This document shows, one piece after another, positions 16,621 through 25,713 of a stretch of 64,000 bases of DNA. A program made the translations under genes and the position numbers. Source of the DNA: a virus; IMG/VR virus record IMGVR_UViG_3300020437_000004, positions 60,854 through 124,853 of that record; one strand, given 5' to 3'. The notes under the pieces were generated by a model that saw only the letters and a list, made by a program, of their open reading frames with translations, did no database searches and was not told the origin of the DNA. Positions within the stretch are counted from its first letter, which is position 1, and each line of letters starts with the position of its first letter.

Positions 16621-17594
16621 ACCTTTTTCCAGAATGTTAGTTTTACTTTTGCTTCGGCACCCTTAAAGGTGTTACGTTTTACGATCTCTTTAACGTCATG
16701 ACCTGCTAGGTGCATGTCATTGAGATCTTTTTCTTTAATTGTTTTAGGGAATATCACTACAGGATATCCTTTATCAATAGTATTACTTATTTTATCAACG
16801 ATCTCCTTGTTTCGTGGTTCGTTGTCGAAGACGAATACAAATTGATAATCGAAAGTGCTGTAGTCAACATCACTACCACACATAGCAATAGCATTTCCAA
16901 GGAAATAACTGTCGAATGGTCCTTCTGTGACATATACAATCTCATCTTTGTTGATACGATCTAGTCCAAAGAGTTTAGTCTTATCTTTGTTGAAGATACA
17001 TGTGATATATCTTAGCACACTTTTAGGTGCTAGAGACCTACCTTGTATTCCAAACCAGTTACCATCCACATCGATGAGTGGGATGATGATTCTTGGTTGG
17101 TCATTCTTCAAACTCTCAAAGTAGTTTGGACTTTGTTTGTTGACCCATGCTTTAAACTTGTCAACATAATACAGAGAATAGAATGCCTCTGCAGGTAGTT
17201 GCCTCTTTGTTAAATACTCTCTTGCGGGATGCTCATTATTTAGACTAGCAATCGATTCCAGACCTGTTGGCTTACTAGCAAAGTAAGGCTTTGCTGACAG
17301 GTCAGGTAGCACGTCTTTCTTCTTAGGTTTCTTATACTTTTCTAAGAGATATTCTGAGTATAAGTCTGATGCCTGATCCTTTAAGAAGGTAGAAAGAGAC
17401 TTAGAGATACCACAGTTGTGACATTTATAAACGTAATCGTTATTGCGGACAAAAAAATACCCCCTCGCTTTACTCTTATAGCGTTGGGAGTCACCACAAT
17501 AGGGACACCTAAAGTTGTAGGTGCGTCCTTGATGTTTGAATTTTTCTAACCTGACACCAACACGATCAATGTATTGGGTATCAATGTAACTCAT
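16617..17594 (-). CDS. gp61: DNA primase gp61
   Basis: CPYCGDS..CHNCG zinc finger; VTEGPFDS and FDNE..KDLND TOPRIM motifs. Confidence 0.96.
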   Translation of the reverse strand: MSYIDTQYIDRVGVRLEKFKHQGRTYNFRCPYCGDSQRYKSKARGYFFVRNNDYVYKCHNCGISKSLSTFLKDQASDLYSEYLLEKYKKPKKKDVLPDLSAKPYFASKPTGLESIASLNNEHPAREYLTKRQLPAEAFYSLYYVDKFKAWVNKQSPNYFESLKNDQPRIIIPLIDVDGNWFGIQGRSLAPKSVLRYITCIFNKDKTKLFGLDRINKDEIVYVTEGPFDSYFLGNAIAMCGSDVDYSTFDYQFVFVFDNEPRNKEIVDKISNTIDKGYPVVIFPKTIKEKDLNDMHLAGHDVKEIVKRNTFKGAEAKVKLTFWKKV

Positions 17595-17983
17595 TCAAGT
17601 CGGTGCATCTCTCCGACCATCATACTGGATTGTTGCTCAGGTGTCAACACGTTACCTAAAATTTTCTGGCCTGCAGGAGACACTACGAAAGAAATTACTG
17701 TGAGGGCACCTGCGATAGTCCACATTTTCTTCTCCATCATACGGAGTCTGTCGTCTACCAGACGGATGTCTCTCTCACATCCTTTCTTGATAGCATCTGT
17801 CTCTCTAGTAATATCTGCGTGGATTCTGTCAACCTTTTCAAACAAAACCTGATCGATCTTGTCTTGCTTGTCCAGTTTTTCATTGTGTACAGCAAGAAGT
17901 TGACCCATCTTTACAGAATTTTCCTGTAATGTGTCAACTACTCTTTCTAATCTTTCTAATATTGCAGAATTAATGTCAGACAT
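17591..17983 (-). CDS. Coiled-coil protein with C-terminal TM segment
   Basis: Heptad-rich N-terminus, then MWTIAGALTVISFVV. Confidence 0.75.
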   Translation of the reverse strand: MSDINSAILERLERVVDTLQENSVKMGQLLAVHNEKLDKQDKIDQVLFEKVDRIHADITRETDAIKKGCERDIRLVDDRLRMMEKKMWTIAGALTVISFVVSPAGQKILGNVLTPEQQSSMMVGEMHRLE

Positions 17984-18378
17984 TATACGCCTAGTGCTTT
18001 TTGTCTCTTGTCCCAGTAGAATTTGATTACTTGATTAGGGTATAGTCGTGTGATTTTAATCTTGTTATGCACCTCAGGTCTGTAGATCTTTCTGAGTTGT
18101 ATCTTTATTTCTGACGGTGACTTACCGTACAAAACATATGAATCGATTCCATCGAAATGAATAAGGTAAGGGATGATGCTGCTATCTTTTTGATAGTGAC
18201 TTGCTTCTTCTCCTATTCCTACGTTAGTTACAACGTGTCCTTTGGGTTTATACTTTCTCTTCTTGACTTTCTTTCCCCCTAGCATGGGGTCATACCCTGC
18301 AACAGGACCACTAGCAGCAGCAGATCCAGAGAATCCACCGTTGCCTGCACTCATTGTTGGGGCATCTTCATTAATCAT
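17983..18378 (-). CDS. Small protein with a gp23-like N-arm
   Basis: Residues 4-33 are 22/30 identical to gp23 residues 52-81, without gaps. Confidence 0.8.
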   Translation of the reverse strand: MINEDAPTMSAGNGGFSGSAAASGPVAGYDPMLGGKKVKKRKYKPKGHVVTNVGIGEEASHYQKDSSIIPYLIHFDGIDSYVLYGKSPSEIKIQLRKIYRPEVHNKIKITRLYPNQVIKFYWDKRQKALGV

Positions 18379-18748
18379 TGATTGACGTCAAGGTATCGTA
18401 TACATCCATATCAATATCCACATCGTTAAATGAGCCTGCATTGATTTCTGGATACCTATCTAAAAATATTAGAAAGGTTTTAAGTATAGACCAATACTCA
18501 CGCTCAAGCTTATACATTAGCAACGGTATGGTTGCCTCACCAAACACATTGAATAGTATAACCAGATGGTTGATTATTAAGTTTGTACGTAATGTCCCAG
18601 TCTTTAAGTATCTTTTAAGCAGTCGCTTAAGATATTTGAATTTCTTCATGTCTTCCATGAAGTCATCCACGGTAACCGATTGCGGATTACTATAGTGTTT
18701 GATTGCAAACAGCAAGTGATTCTTATCGGTTAAACTTTCAAAACGCAT
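18371..18748 (-). CDS. Conserved T4-like hypothetical protein
   Basis: FAIKHYSNP...DMKKFKYLKRLL...RLIINHL-type pattern; ATAAATA upstream. Confidence 0.8.
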   Translation of the reverse strand: MRFESLTDKNHLLFAIKHYSNPQSVTVDDFMEDMKKFKYLKRLLKRYLKTGTLRTNLIINHLVILFNVFGEATIPLLMYKLEREYWSILKTFLIFLDRYPEINAGSFNDVDIDMDVYDTLTSIND

Positions 18749-18778
18749 TACGAATCAGGATTTTCCTGATTTTATTTA

Positions 18779-19624
18779 TCAGCTTCCGAATGTAAGAGTT
18801 GCGGATCCGTTAGTGATAACTTCTTCAGCACCCTTAGAGGTGTTAACAACACATCTATATTTCTGTCCGTCCAACGCATTGCTTGAAAGTCCACTATATG
18901 CAAGAGTTGCAGTGGTGAAGTTTGCGTATGTAATACCTGTGTCTGTGTTGGCAGCGATGTCAACCCATCTAACAGTAGCACTTGCAGTCTGTCTCTGCCA
19001 CTTGTAAGTGATGGTGCCAGACTGATCAACTGTGGCAGCAACTGCGAATGTCCCTGCTCCACTAGATGAAGTAGAGTTTGCAGGTTGTGTGCCGATAGTG
19101 ATTGTTTCTTGGACGTCTGCTACCACTGTATCGTCTGCGTCATCGCCAGCCGCGGCTGCGGTAGCGTGAGTAAATGCGAGACACTCTGCCTTATGACGTG
19201 TGTCACCATTGTATGTGGTGTATGTGCGATACAACCACCAACCAGGACCAGTGATACCTCTAGACTTGTTTGCTGCTTTAGTTCTCTCAGTCTCGTCAAC
19301 AAATACGAGCTGATAGTCAGAGATGCTATCGCCACCCTTGATAACGTACTCTGCTACTGCCTTAGGAGGAGTCCTTCTAACGGCATTTGCTGCGGTGATT
19401 GTTGCAGTAGATCCTGCATACACCTTATGAAGCTCTAGAGCAGTTGCTGACGTTACTTGTTTTACAATGTAAGCGACACCAGAGATTTCCAACACGTCAC
19501 CTACTTTGACAAGGTTGTCAGAAGCGTCCGTGAAGTCTCCAGAAGTTGTTACGGTGGCATCTCCATTGGTTACACCAATGTTTGTGCCCATTGCTTTCGC
19601 ATCGAGTAGTCCAAATACAGCCAT
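18779..19624 (-). CDS. Virion structural protein with C-terminal Ig-like domain
   Basis: ITIGTQP...TYKWQ...DGQKYRCVV; TATAAATA at about 19659. Confidence 0.75.
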   Translation of the reverse strand: MAVFGLLDAKAMGTNIGVTNGDATVTTSGDFTDASDNLVKVGDVLEISGVAYIVKQVTSATALELHKVYAGSTATITAANAVRRTPPKAVAEYVIKGGDSISDYQLVFVDETERTKAANKSRGITGPGWWLYRTYTTYNGDTRHKAECLAFTHATAAAAGDDADDTVVADVQETITIGTQPANSTSSSGAGTFAVAATVDQSGTITYKWQRQTASATVRWVDIAANTDTGITYANFTTATLAYSGLSSNALDGQKYRCVVNTSKGAEEVITNGSATLTFGS

Positions 19625-19671
19625 TTTTCTCTAGTAGCGGGGTGGTATCATCTATATGTTATTTATATAAC

Positions 19672-19869
19672 TTACTCCTTTGCAGCCAAAGCTTCCTTCA
19701 CTTTCTCAAAGAGAGCGTCATCTGCTGTGGTTTTAGTAAGTTTTACTGCCTTTCCGATGATAAGGAGACAGATATCGATAAGTTTTTCGCCCAATTCTGC
19801 GTCGTCAGGAATCTTAGCGACTGCTGAATCAATTACCTTATAGGCAAGGGGCATTAGAAAGCTCAACAT
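19672..19869 (-). CDS. Small amphipathic helical protein
   Basis: 65-aa ORF with TATAAATA upstream (about 19893). Confidence 0.7.
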   Translation of the reverse strand: MLSFLMPLAYKVIDSAVAKIPDDAELGEKLIDICLLIIGKAVKLTKTTADDALFEKVKEALAAKE

Positions 19870-19895
19870 AATTCTATAAACAAGGGGTACCTTAT

Positions 19896-20318
19896 TTATA
19901 GCTTTTTATATTCAGTAGGCTCAAGTCCAGCTTGTTGTGCATCATGTTGTTGTGTTAAAGAGATCATCTTTTGTCTCATTCTCTCTTTAATAACAGCCTT
20001 TGCTGCTTTATCTTCTTCGTCCTCATGTGGAATCACATTGCCTTCTGCATCAGTCTGATGATGCTCCTTCTTTACTTCATGAGGCTCATAGCCAATGCCA
20101 TCACCATCGTCGTCCCACCAACGTTTGACTTTACCTTTGGTTTTGCCTTTGGCATTTTTCTTAGCAGCTTCTTTAAGACTATCTATAGATGCCTTAACGC
20201 TGTTTCTTAGTGCTTCTTTCATAAGATCTTCCTTCTTTGGATTAACTGTAATACCTTTCTTAGTAACAGTCTTGAGACCACTTTTCCTATCAACAGTTTT
20301 GCTTGTAGGTTGCATCAA
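19896..20318 (-). CDS. Lys/Glu-rich hypothetical protein, possibly head-internal
   Basis: 140-aa ORF; 4-nt overlap with the upstream gene. Confidence 0.7.
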   Translation of the reverse strand: MMQPTSKTVDRKSGLKTVTKKGITVNPKKEDLMKEALRNSVKASIDSLKEAAKKNAKGKTKGKVKRWWDDDGDGIGYEPHEVKKEHHQTDAEGNVIPHEDEEDKAAKAVIKERMRQKMISLTQQHDAQQAGLEPTEYKKL

Positions 20319-21697
20319 ATGTCTCCTTTAATGTTACTTCTCCAATCGTATCTGGACTGTTCTCCCAAACGTTTTGCGAGTTTGCCAGCTCCTTTGGAGA
20401 CTAAACGAGATCCTTTACCAACAACTTTCTTGATACCTTTCTTAAGAGCAGATCCGAATTTCTTCAAATTCTCTTTAGTCTTTGATCCATCACCACCAGA
20501 TCCAGAAGATCCAGAGGTTGTTGTTGATCCACCACCACTAGTAGAAGACGAGGAAGATGATCCTGCATCCTTAGGTGGAGTGTCACTCATTGTGGAAGAG
20601 GTAGATTTGCTAGATCCAGATGAGGATGTCCCAGTCTGGGTCGATTTGTAACCGTCTTTGGCAGCAGAAGCCATTTTGCCTGCTGTATTTTTTGCCATGC
20701 CTGCAGCTTTACCTGCATACTTAGCACCCTTAACGGCACCTTTAGCAACTACTTTAGCAGCAGTCTTAAGACCTGCCTTGATACGATCCTTGAGGGATGG
20801 TTTACCTGCAGGTGCTGCTGATTCCTTCTTCTTCTGAGGTGCCTGCACTGCAATATTAGGATTTGCAGAGTGCTGACTTGGTGCCTCAGTAAGAAGCTCC
20901 ATTGAATCAATAAGATCGATTGCCTCATTGAGCAATGGTTGATCCAACTCAAGAAGAGTCTCTACACAGATGTCATGGATCTCATCAAACGTTAGATCCT
21001 CATACTCTGGTAGACACAATGCTTCTATCATTGCATCAAAACTTTGGTTACTTTCTACGTTAAGTGTCTTGGGGTAATCTTTATCACCAGGTTTTGCAGG
21101 TTTCTCGCCTCTCTTTCTCTTGGCGTGAATGTTATCCCACAATCCTTTCTTACCCTCAGCGACCTCATCTTCTTTAACGCAGTTAGGGACTACCTTTCCT
21201 CCCTTTTTCTTGGTGCCTTTAGCCTTGTATCCGTCCCAACAAGTAGACGCACCAACATTCTTACGAGCCTGTTTCATTGACTCATGCAGGTCATCGAGAT
21301 CAACACCCACTACCTGCTCTTTAGCAACGACACCGATATCAACTGCATCCTTTGCAGTCTTACGACCGTCCTTACCCATAACAACATAGCGTCCGTCTGC
21401 CTTACGACCAGTGACTAGCATCTGATCTCCACCAGAGGTGACGACTCTACCTACATTCTTGTCACGCTTAAACTCCATCTTCTTCTTAGCAACTGCTTCC
21501 TTTTCAATAGGAAACCCGCCATAACCCTCAACGATAGGCTCCCATGAGTCCATTGCGTCGATTGCTTTCTCAGCACCCTCTTGTAGATGCTTAGTCAGTT
21601 TGTCTACAGTGCCAGTCTCTAGTGCATGGAAGATTTTTCTCTGCTCTAGGAAGGAATACTTCATGAGTGCAGCAGACACTTTGATATCTAAAGTCAT
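20315..21697 (-). CDS. Modular low-complexity late protein, possibly head-internal
   Basis: 460 aa; WDGYKAKGTKKKGGKVVPNCV and GLWDNIHAKRKRG modules; Ser/Gly/Lys tract; CTAAATA upstream. Confidence 0.75.
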   Translation of the reverse strand: MTLDIKVSAALMKYSFLEQRKIFHALETGTVDKLTKHLQEGAEKAIDAMDSWEPIVEGYGGFPIEKEAVAKKKMEFKRDKNVGRVVTSGGDQMLVTGRKADGRYVVMGKDGRKTAKDAVDIGVVAKEQVVGVDLDDLHESMKQARKNVGASTCWDGYKAKGTKKKGGKVVPNCVKEDEVAEGKKGLWDNIHAKRKRGEKPAKPGDKDYPKTLNVESNQSFDAMIEALCLPEYEDLTFDEIHDICVETLLELDQPLLNEAIDLIDSMELLTEAPSQHSANPNIAVQAPQKKKESAAPAGKPSLKDRIKAGLKTAAKVVAKGAVKGAKYAGKAAGMAKNTAGKMASAAKDGYKSTQTGTSSSGSSKSTSSTMSDTPPKDAGSSSSSSTSGGGSTTTSGSSGSGGDGSKTKENLKKFGSALKKGIKKVVGKGSRLVSKGAGKLAKRLGEQSRYDWRSNIKGDI

Positions 21698-21730
21698 TGC
21701 TTTACTAAGTTGGTCGTCAAGAATGTATTA

Positions 21731-22807
21731 TTATTTAGTCTTAGACTTCTTTCTAAAGTCACTAAATTTGATTGTCGCTTGTCCAGGTGTCATGTCTTGC
21801 ACTGCTTTACGGTATGCATCTGTGCCTACTTTCCATGTATTACCACTACCATCGTCTGCAGAATAGTTAGATTGATCTTCTCTCTCAGTGATGTGCTGTA
21901 ACCATGCACGGTGCTCATTGCCATCTGGCATTCTGAATATTACATAATTAGTGCCACGATGCACAACATGTCCTGTAAGACCTGTGTCATCATGCTCTAC
22001 TAGTGCACCCACCTTGAAGATGTGGTTAAGCATATAGTAGTCACGAAAGTTTTCGTAGTCTAGTTTAGGTGCATATTCCCATACAGATTCATTCAACCAC
22101 TCATGTAGTCCTTCACCCTTCTTAGGTTTCTTACTCTTAGGTGGTGGGGTCATACCCTTAAGGACATCTGCCATCAGTTGTGCACTGTGTTTCTTGCTGA
22201 TACCCTTTGGCATTCCACCATGGAATGAATCATGATCATTACCTTGTGCATGTGCACGCATCTTAGATGCTGACATGGTTTCGATAGGATCGTCGGACTT
22301 ATCGTCCCTAGCACCTGCTGATTTAATATTGATAGATTTGAAGTCGTAATGGACTCCGTTGTATTTGTTTGCTAGTGTTTCAAATTCTTTTACTCGGTCA
22401 TCACCGACAACCATAGTAACATGAGCATGACCTTCGTCATTCAAGTCTCTAAGGATGTCAAAGATATTACGGTGTGCCTCGTTATTTTGGATCTTGTCCT
22501 TGTGATGTGGAAACATCTTTCTCATGTGACCTACTTTTTGGTCTGCTGAGAGGGGGTTTTTCTTGTGGTCTTGGGATCTTGATGGGTAGATTCTATAGTT
22601 TCCAGAGTCTCCTCCGTAAGATCTAACAGCATCGAGTAACTTACCATGGCCAGCATGAGGAGGGTTAAACCTGCCAAAAGTAATTGCAACGTGGGGGTCA
22701 TCTGGTTGTTGATTCTTCTTTGCACTGGAAGATTGACCCTTTGCGGACGCTGAGGGTTTCTTTGTCTTTGTGTCTTTTGCTTCTCGAATGAAATCTAGAA
22801 AACGCAT
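21731..22807 (-). CDS. HxGH nucleotidyltransferase (cytidylyltransferase/NMNAT-like)
   Basis: TFGRFNPPHAGH, VVGDDR, MSASKMR; begins MRFLDFIREA. Confidence 0.88.
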   Translation of the reverse strand: MRFLDFIREAKDTKTKKPSASAKGQSSSAKKNQQPDDPHVAITFGRFNPPHAGHGKLLDAVRSYGGDSGNYRIYPSRSQDHKKNPLSADQKVGHMRKMFPHHKDKIQNNEAHRNIFDILRDLNDEGHAHVTMVVGDDRVKEFETLANKYNGVHYDFKSINIKSAGARDDKSDDPIETMSASKMRAHAQGNDHDSFHGGMPKGISKKHSAQLMADVLKGMTPPPKSKKPKKGEGLHEWLNESVWEYAPKLDYENFRDYYMLNHIFKVGALVEHDDTGLTGHVVHRGTNYVIFRMPDGNEHRAWLQHITEREDQSNYSADDGSGNTWKVGTDAYRKAVQDMTPGQATIKFSDFRKKSKTK

Positions 22808-23997
22808 TAGCCCCAATCTTTTGCTACGGTGAAGTTGGCACGACTAAATTCAAGTCTGTCAACGAGTTTGAGTGCAGTGCCATCTTTAATAGCAACAAAC
22901 CCTTCTGGACTTGTTACACGATAACCTGTCTCGGTTTCGAGGAAGGTGCCAACACCTTCAATCTTTTTCAGTTTATTTATAACCATATTCTTAGCGTCCA
23001 TTAGATTACGGAAACCTGCTAGAGCAGCGAACATAGTTGTCTTGTTACTATTTAGGAAAGAAATAGAGTCTGCACGACGCTTCTCCCATTCTTTCTGTGA
23101 CTTCTCAGTCTTTTTCTTGATGATTTCCTTCTTATACCTGTCGTTTAGGAAGGTTTCAAACCCCTTTGCCATACCCATAGAGGTAGTAGGGATCTTTCCA
23201 CTACGAATAACTTGGTTGAAGTAGATCTTAAACATAGATGCAGGAGAGAAACTACTCTTATCCTTTACTATGACGTCAAGAAACTTACCACCAGACTTAA
23301 GATTGCTCTTTGCCTGCCTAATAGTATTGTTGATCTGATTTCTCTCACTAATCGTTAGGTTGGCAATACCATTCACGTTTTGGAATGTCGATGAGAATAC
23401 AGCAATGTCTTTGACCTTCTGTAAACCAGATACATCTACACCAAATGATGCAGACAAACTAGTTATATCACTACCAGAATAGCGTGTGTGAAATACGATG
23501 CCAAGTTTAGACTTTGCAACCTTTCCACCCATCTCACTATTCTGATCTACAAGGTAAGTGATTGTATTTGGTTTAAATCTATAGCCTCGCTTACCACCAA
23601 TGGCAACAAGAGGAGGGGTAGAAGTATAGAGGAGATCACCTTGGAGGATACCCTCAATAGGGAGTTTGGATAACTCTCTGTAGCACTGTTTGAGGATGCC
23701 ATTGATAGCACCTTCGTAGTGGAAGTCGATGAATTCTTCATTGTAACCTATTTTTGGTGTCGTCTTATTAAAGACTGACTTTGTGCCAACAAAAAACTGA
23801 CCTGTCTGTGGATCTTTACCGCAGATCACAGCAGGTGCACCATCCCACTTCACAGTCACCTTTGTATTGGCACCACCTTGACCTGCTGTAAGCATGTCAC
23901 GAAGTGACTCTAGAAAATTGACTGCATTGGCAGCACCTGCTGACCCCTGATTAAAGATGTCGTCTTCGAGGTGCTCTAGATGGGTGTTTTTTGCCAT
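22807..23997 (-). CDS. Conserved T4-like hypothetical protein (DUF6267-like)
   Basis: HLEHLED, VKWDGAP, QGDLLY, EGFVA, KLVDRLEFSRANF. The K-x-D-G and EG..KLV pattern loosely resembles ligase-type nucleotidyltransferases. Confidence 0.8.
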   Translation of the reverse strand: MAKNTHLEHLEDDIFNQGSAGAANAVNFLESLRDMLTAGQGGANTKVTVKWDGAPAVICGKDPQTGQFFVGTKSVFNKTTPKIGYNEEFIDFHYEGAINGILKQCYRELSKLPIEGILQGDLLYTSTPPLVAIGGKRGYRFKPNTITYLVDQNSEMGGKVAKSKLGIVFHTRYSGSDITSLSASFGVDVSGLQKVKDIAVFSSTFQNVNGIANLTISERNQINNTIRQAKSNLKSGGKFLDVIVKDKSSFSPASMFKIYFNQVIRSGKIPTTSMGMAKGFETFLNDRYKKEIIKKKTEKSQKEWEKRRADSISFLNSNKTTMFAALAGFRNLMDAKNMVINKLKKIEGVGTFLETETGYRVTSPEGFVAIKDGTALKLVDRLEFSRANFTVAKDWG

Positions 23998-24003
23998 GCC
24001 TTT

Positions 24004-24059
24004 ATTATAATGTATAGGTTACGGTAATGGTGAAGTAGTGTGCCACTTATAAACCTGGC
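24004..24059 (-). promoter_or_regulatory. -10 box (TATAAT) with upstream 7-4-7 palindrome
   Basis: GCCACTT-ATAA-ACCTGGC at 24042-24059, 32 nt from the -10 box. Confidence 0.55.
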
Positions 24060-24835
24060 TTGAGCAGGAAATTCGTGTCGCCATCTAGATCCATACTACT
24101 CTTTCTAAGTCCTGAGATCTTGAGTGCCATCAGAAACGACCATCTTGCATTCGACTTGGAGTTAGTCTTAATACGAATTCTGATACTACTGTTTGCTACA
24201 GAGGTAGAGAATTGTGGGCATCCATATCCCTCAACATCTCTTCCCATATAATATAGTCCCTTTCCTTTCACCTGTATATAATAAGTATTCTTTGAGTTGT
24301 AGTATTTCTCTACCTCTCTTGCTGCTGCTTGACCCTCTGCTAGAAACTTATCTGGAAATCTCTTAAGATCTAGTGAGTGTGCTGACTTACGTTGTGTAAG
24401 GGTTGCATCATTCGACAACGTAAACTTAGCAGGTATATTTCTTTTAGGATTCCAATGAGCGTTTGCTTCTCTTATAATATTATAAGACTCAGCAATACCA
24501 ATCATTGTCTTTGCTGCTTCCTTCTGAGCAGATGCTTTAGTCTTGTCAATGGTAAACTGCATTGACCCAGTATCAAAATCAAAATTCATTTGAGCGAAGT
24601 CGGCAGACAACTTCTCCTTTAACTCAAACTTAATAACCTGTGCTTTATAAGTAGGTGTCAACTCCAAGTCTGCCTTGGCACTGTCCGCTCCTGCAGGATC
24701 AGACACGTTAAAACCTTTCTCTCTCAGTGCCCTGATGAGATCCAACTCATATTGAAACCCCGCATTTACTTTAAGAGGTTTTGCTGATGCCCCCTCTCCA
24801 TCCATCAGGGGCTCTTGATCTGTCTTGCGTGACAT
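24047..24835 (-). CDS. Putative PD-(D/E)XK endonuclease
   Basis: GFQYELDL...AGADSAKADL...FELK motif spacing. Confidence 0.55.
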   Translation of the reverse strand: MSRKTDQEPLMDGEGASAKPLKVNAGFQYELDLIRALREKGFNVSDPAGADSAKADLELTPTYKAQVIKFELKEKLSADFAQMNFDFDTGSMQFTIDKTKASAQKEAAKTMIGIAESYNIIREANAHWNPKRNIPAKFTLSNDATLTQRKSAHSLDLKRFPDKFLAEGQAAAREVEKYYNSKNTYYIQVKGKGLYYMGRDVEGYGCPQFSTSVANSSIRIRIKTNSKSNARWSFLMALKISGLRKSSMDLDGDTNFLLKPGL

Positions 24836-25085
24836 GTGTCGTTACTGGTAACACCTTGTATTTAGGTTCGTCACAATCAGATCTATTATTCCAGTGTCTT
24901 ATGACACCAGAAATGATAAAACAATTAGTAACCAGATAAGAAATGAAAATAACAGAGCGGACGGCAGCAACATAGTTGTCATATGGTTTAGTTTTATCAT
25001 CACTAAAACTTCCTAGACTATACTTCCAGACCTTACCAATATTAGATATCACCTGGTTTCCTATTTTCGGAGTAATACTCATCAA
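24771..25085 (-). CDS. Small membrane hypothetical protein
   Basis: WKYSLGSFSDDKT...hydrophobic segment...IRHW. Confidence 0.6.
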   Translation of the reverse strand: MMSITPKIGNQVISNIGKVWKYSLGSFSDDKTKPYDNYVAAVRSVIFISYLVTNCFIISGVIRHWNNRSDCDEPKYKVLPVTTHVTQDRSRAPDGWRGGISKTS

Positions 25086-25713
25086 ACTTCATTTTAGGGT
25101 AGCGTGCTGCTAGTTTCAGAGTATTGATATAGATAACTTCATCCATACGGACGTCAAGTGCAGCACATGCATTCTGTGCATACCATAGGACGTCACCCAA
25201 CTCTTTGATAAGGTGATCCTTGGTATCCTCATTCCATGGTTTGCCTTGGTATTTAAGTTTCTTTACGATCTCCATAAACTCACCGCCTTCTGCAGACATT
25301 CCTGAGGCAGCAGTGTCAAGACGATTGATATCGCAACCGTTTGCAGTCAACTCATCCATCCGTGCCTTAAAGACTTTGTAGTCTTTACTAGGGTTAGAGC
25401 ATGTTTGATCTACAAATTCAGCATACCTATCAAAGTTAATGTTGATTTTGTTGGCACCTGACTTCTTATTTTTCTCAGCAGTCTTCATCTTCTGCCTTAC
25501 CTTTTGCTTAGTCTTATAAGCACTATTAAAGCGTTGATCAGTTACAACATCTTCTGCATCCTTAGGTGCTTCTTCTGCTGCTTCTTTCGCTGCTCGCTCA
25601 AAGTTTTCTGCAGCGTCCGTTGCAGCATTAGAAAACTTCTCTGCTTGTTGTTGGATGTCATCACCACCACCTGTCTCTGGTGCAGGGGCAAAACCGCCAG
25701 GATTAACCTTCAT
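25042..25713 (-). CDS. mazG: MazG-like NTP pyrophosphohydrolase with N-terminal extension
   Basis: GMSAEGGEFMEIVKK, ELGDVLWY, KLAARYP. Confidence 0.93.
   Translation of the reverse strand: MKVNPGGFAPAPETGGGDDIQQQAEKFSNAATDAAENFERAAKEAAEEAPKDAEDVVTDQRFNSAYKTKQKVRQKMKTAEKNKKSGANKININFDRYAEFVDQTCSNPSKDYKVFKARMDELTANGCDINRLDTAASGMSAEGGEFMEIVKKLKYQGKPWNEDTKDHLIKELGDVLWYAQNACAALDVRMDEVIYINTLKLAARYPKMKFDEYYSENRKPGDI

Noticed and set aside
20500-20780. Ser/Gly/Lys low-complexity stretch as a repeat array or CRISPR
   Set aside because: It is codon-level amino-acid bias inside a CDS, with no constant repeat-spacer structure. No CRISPR-like array was seen anywhere in the window.
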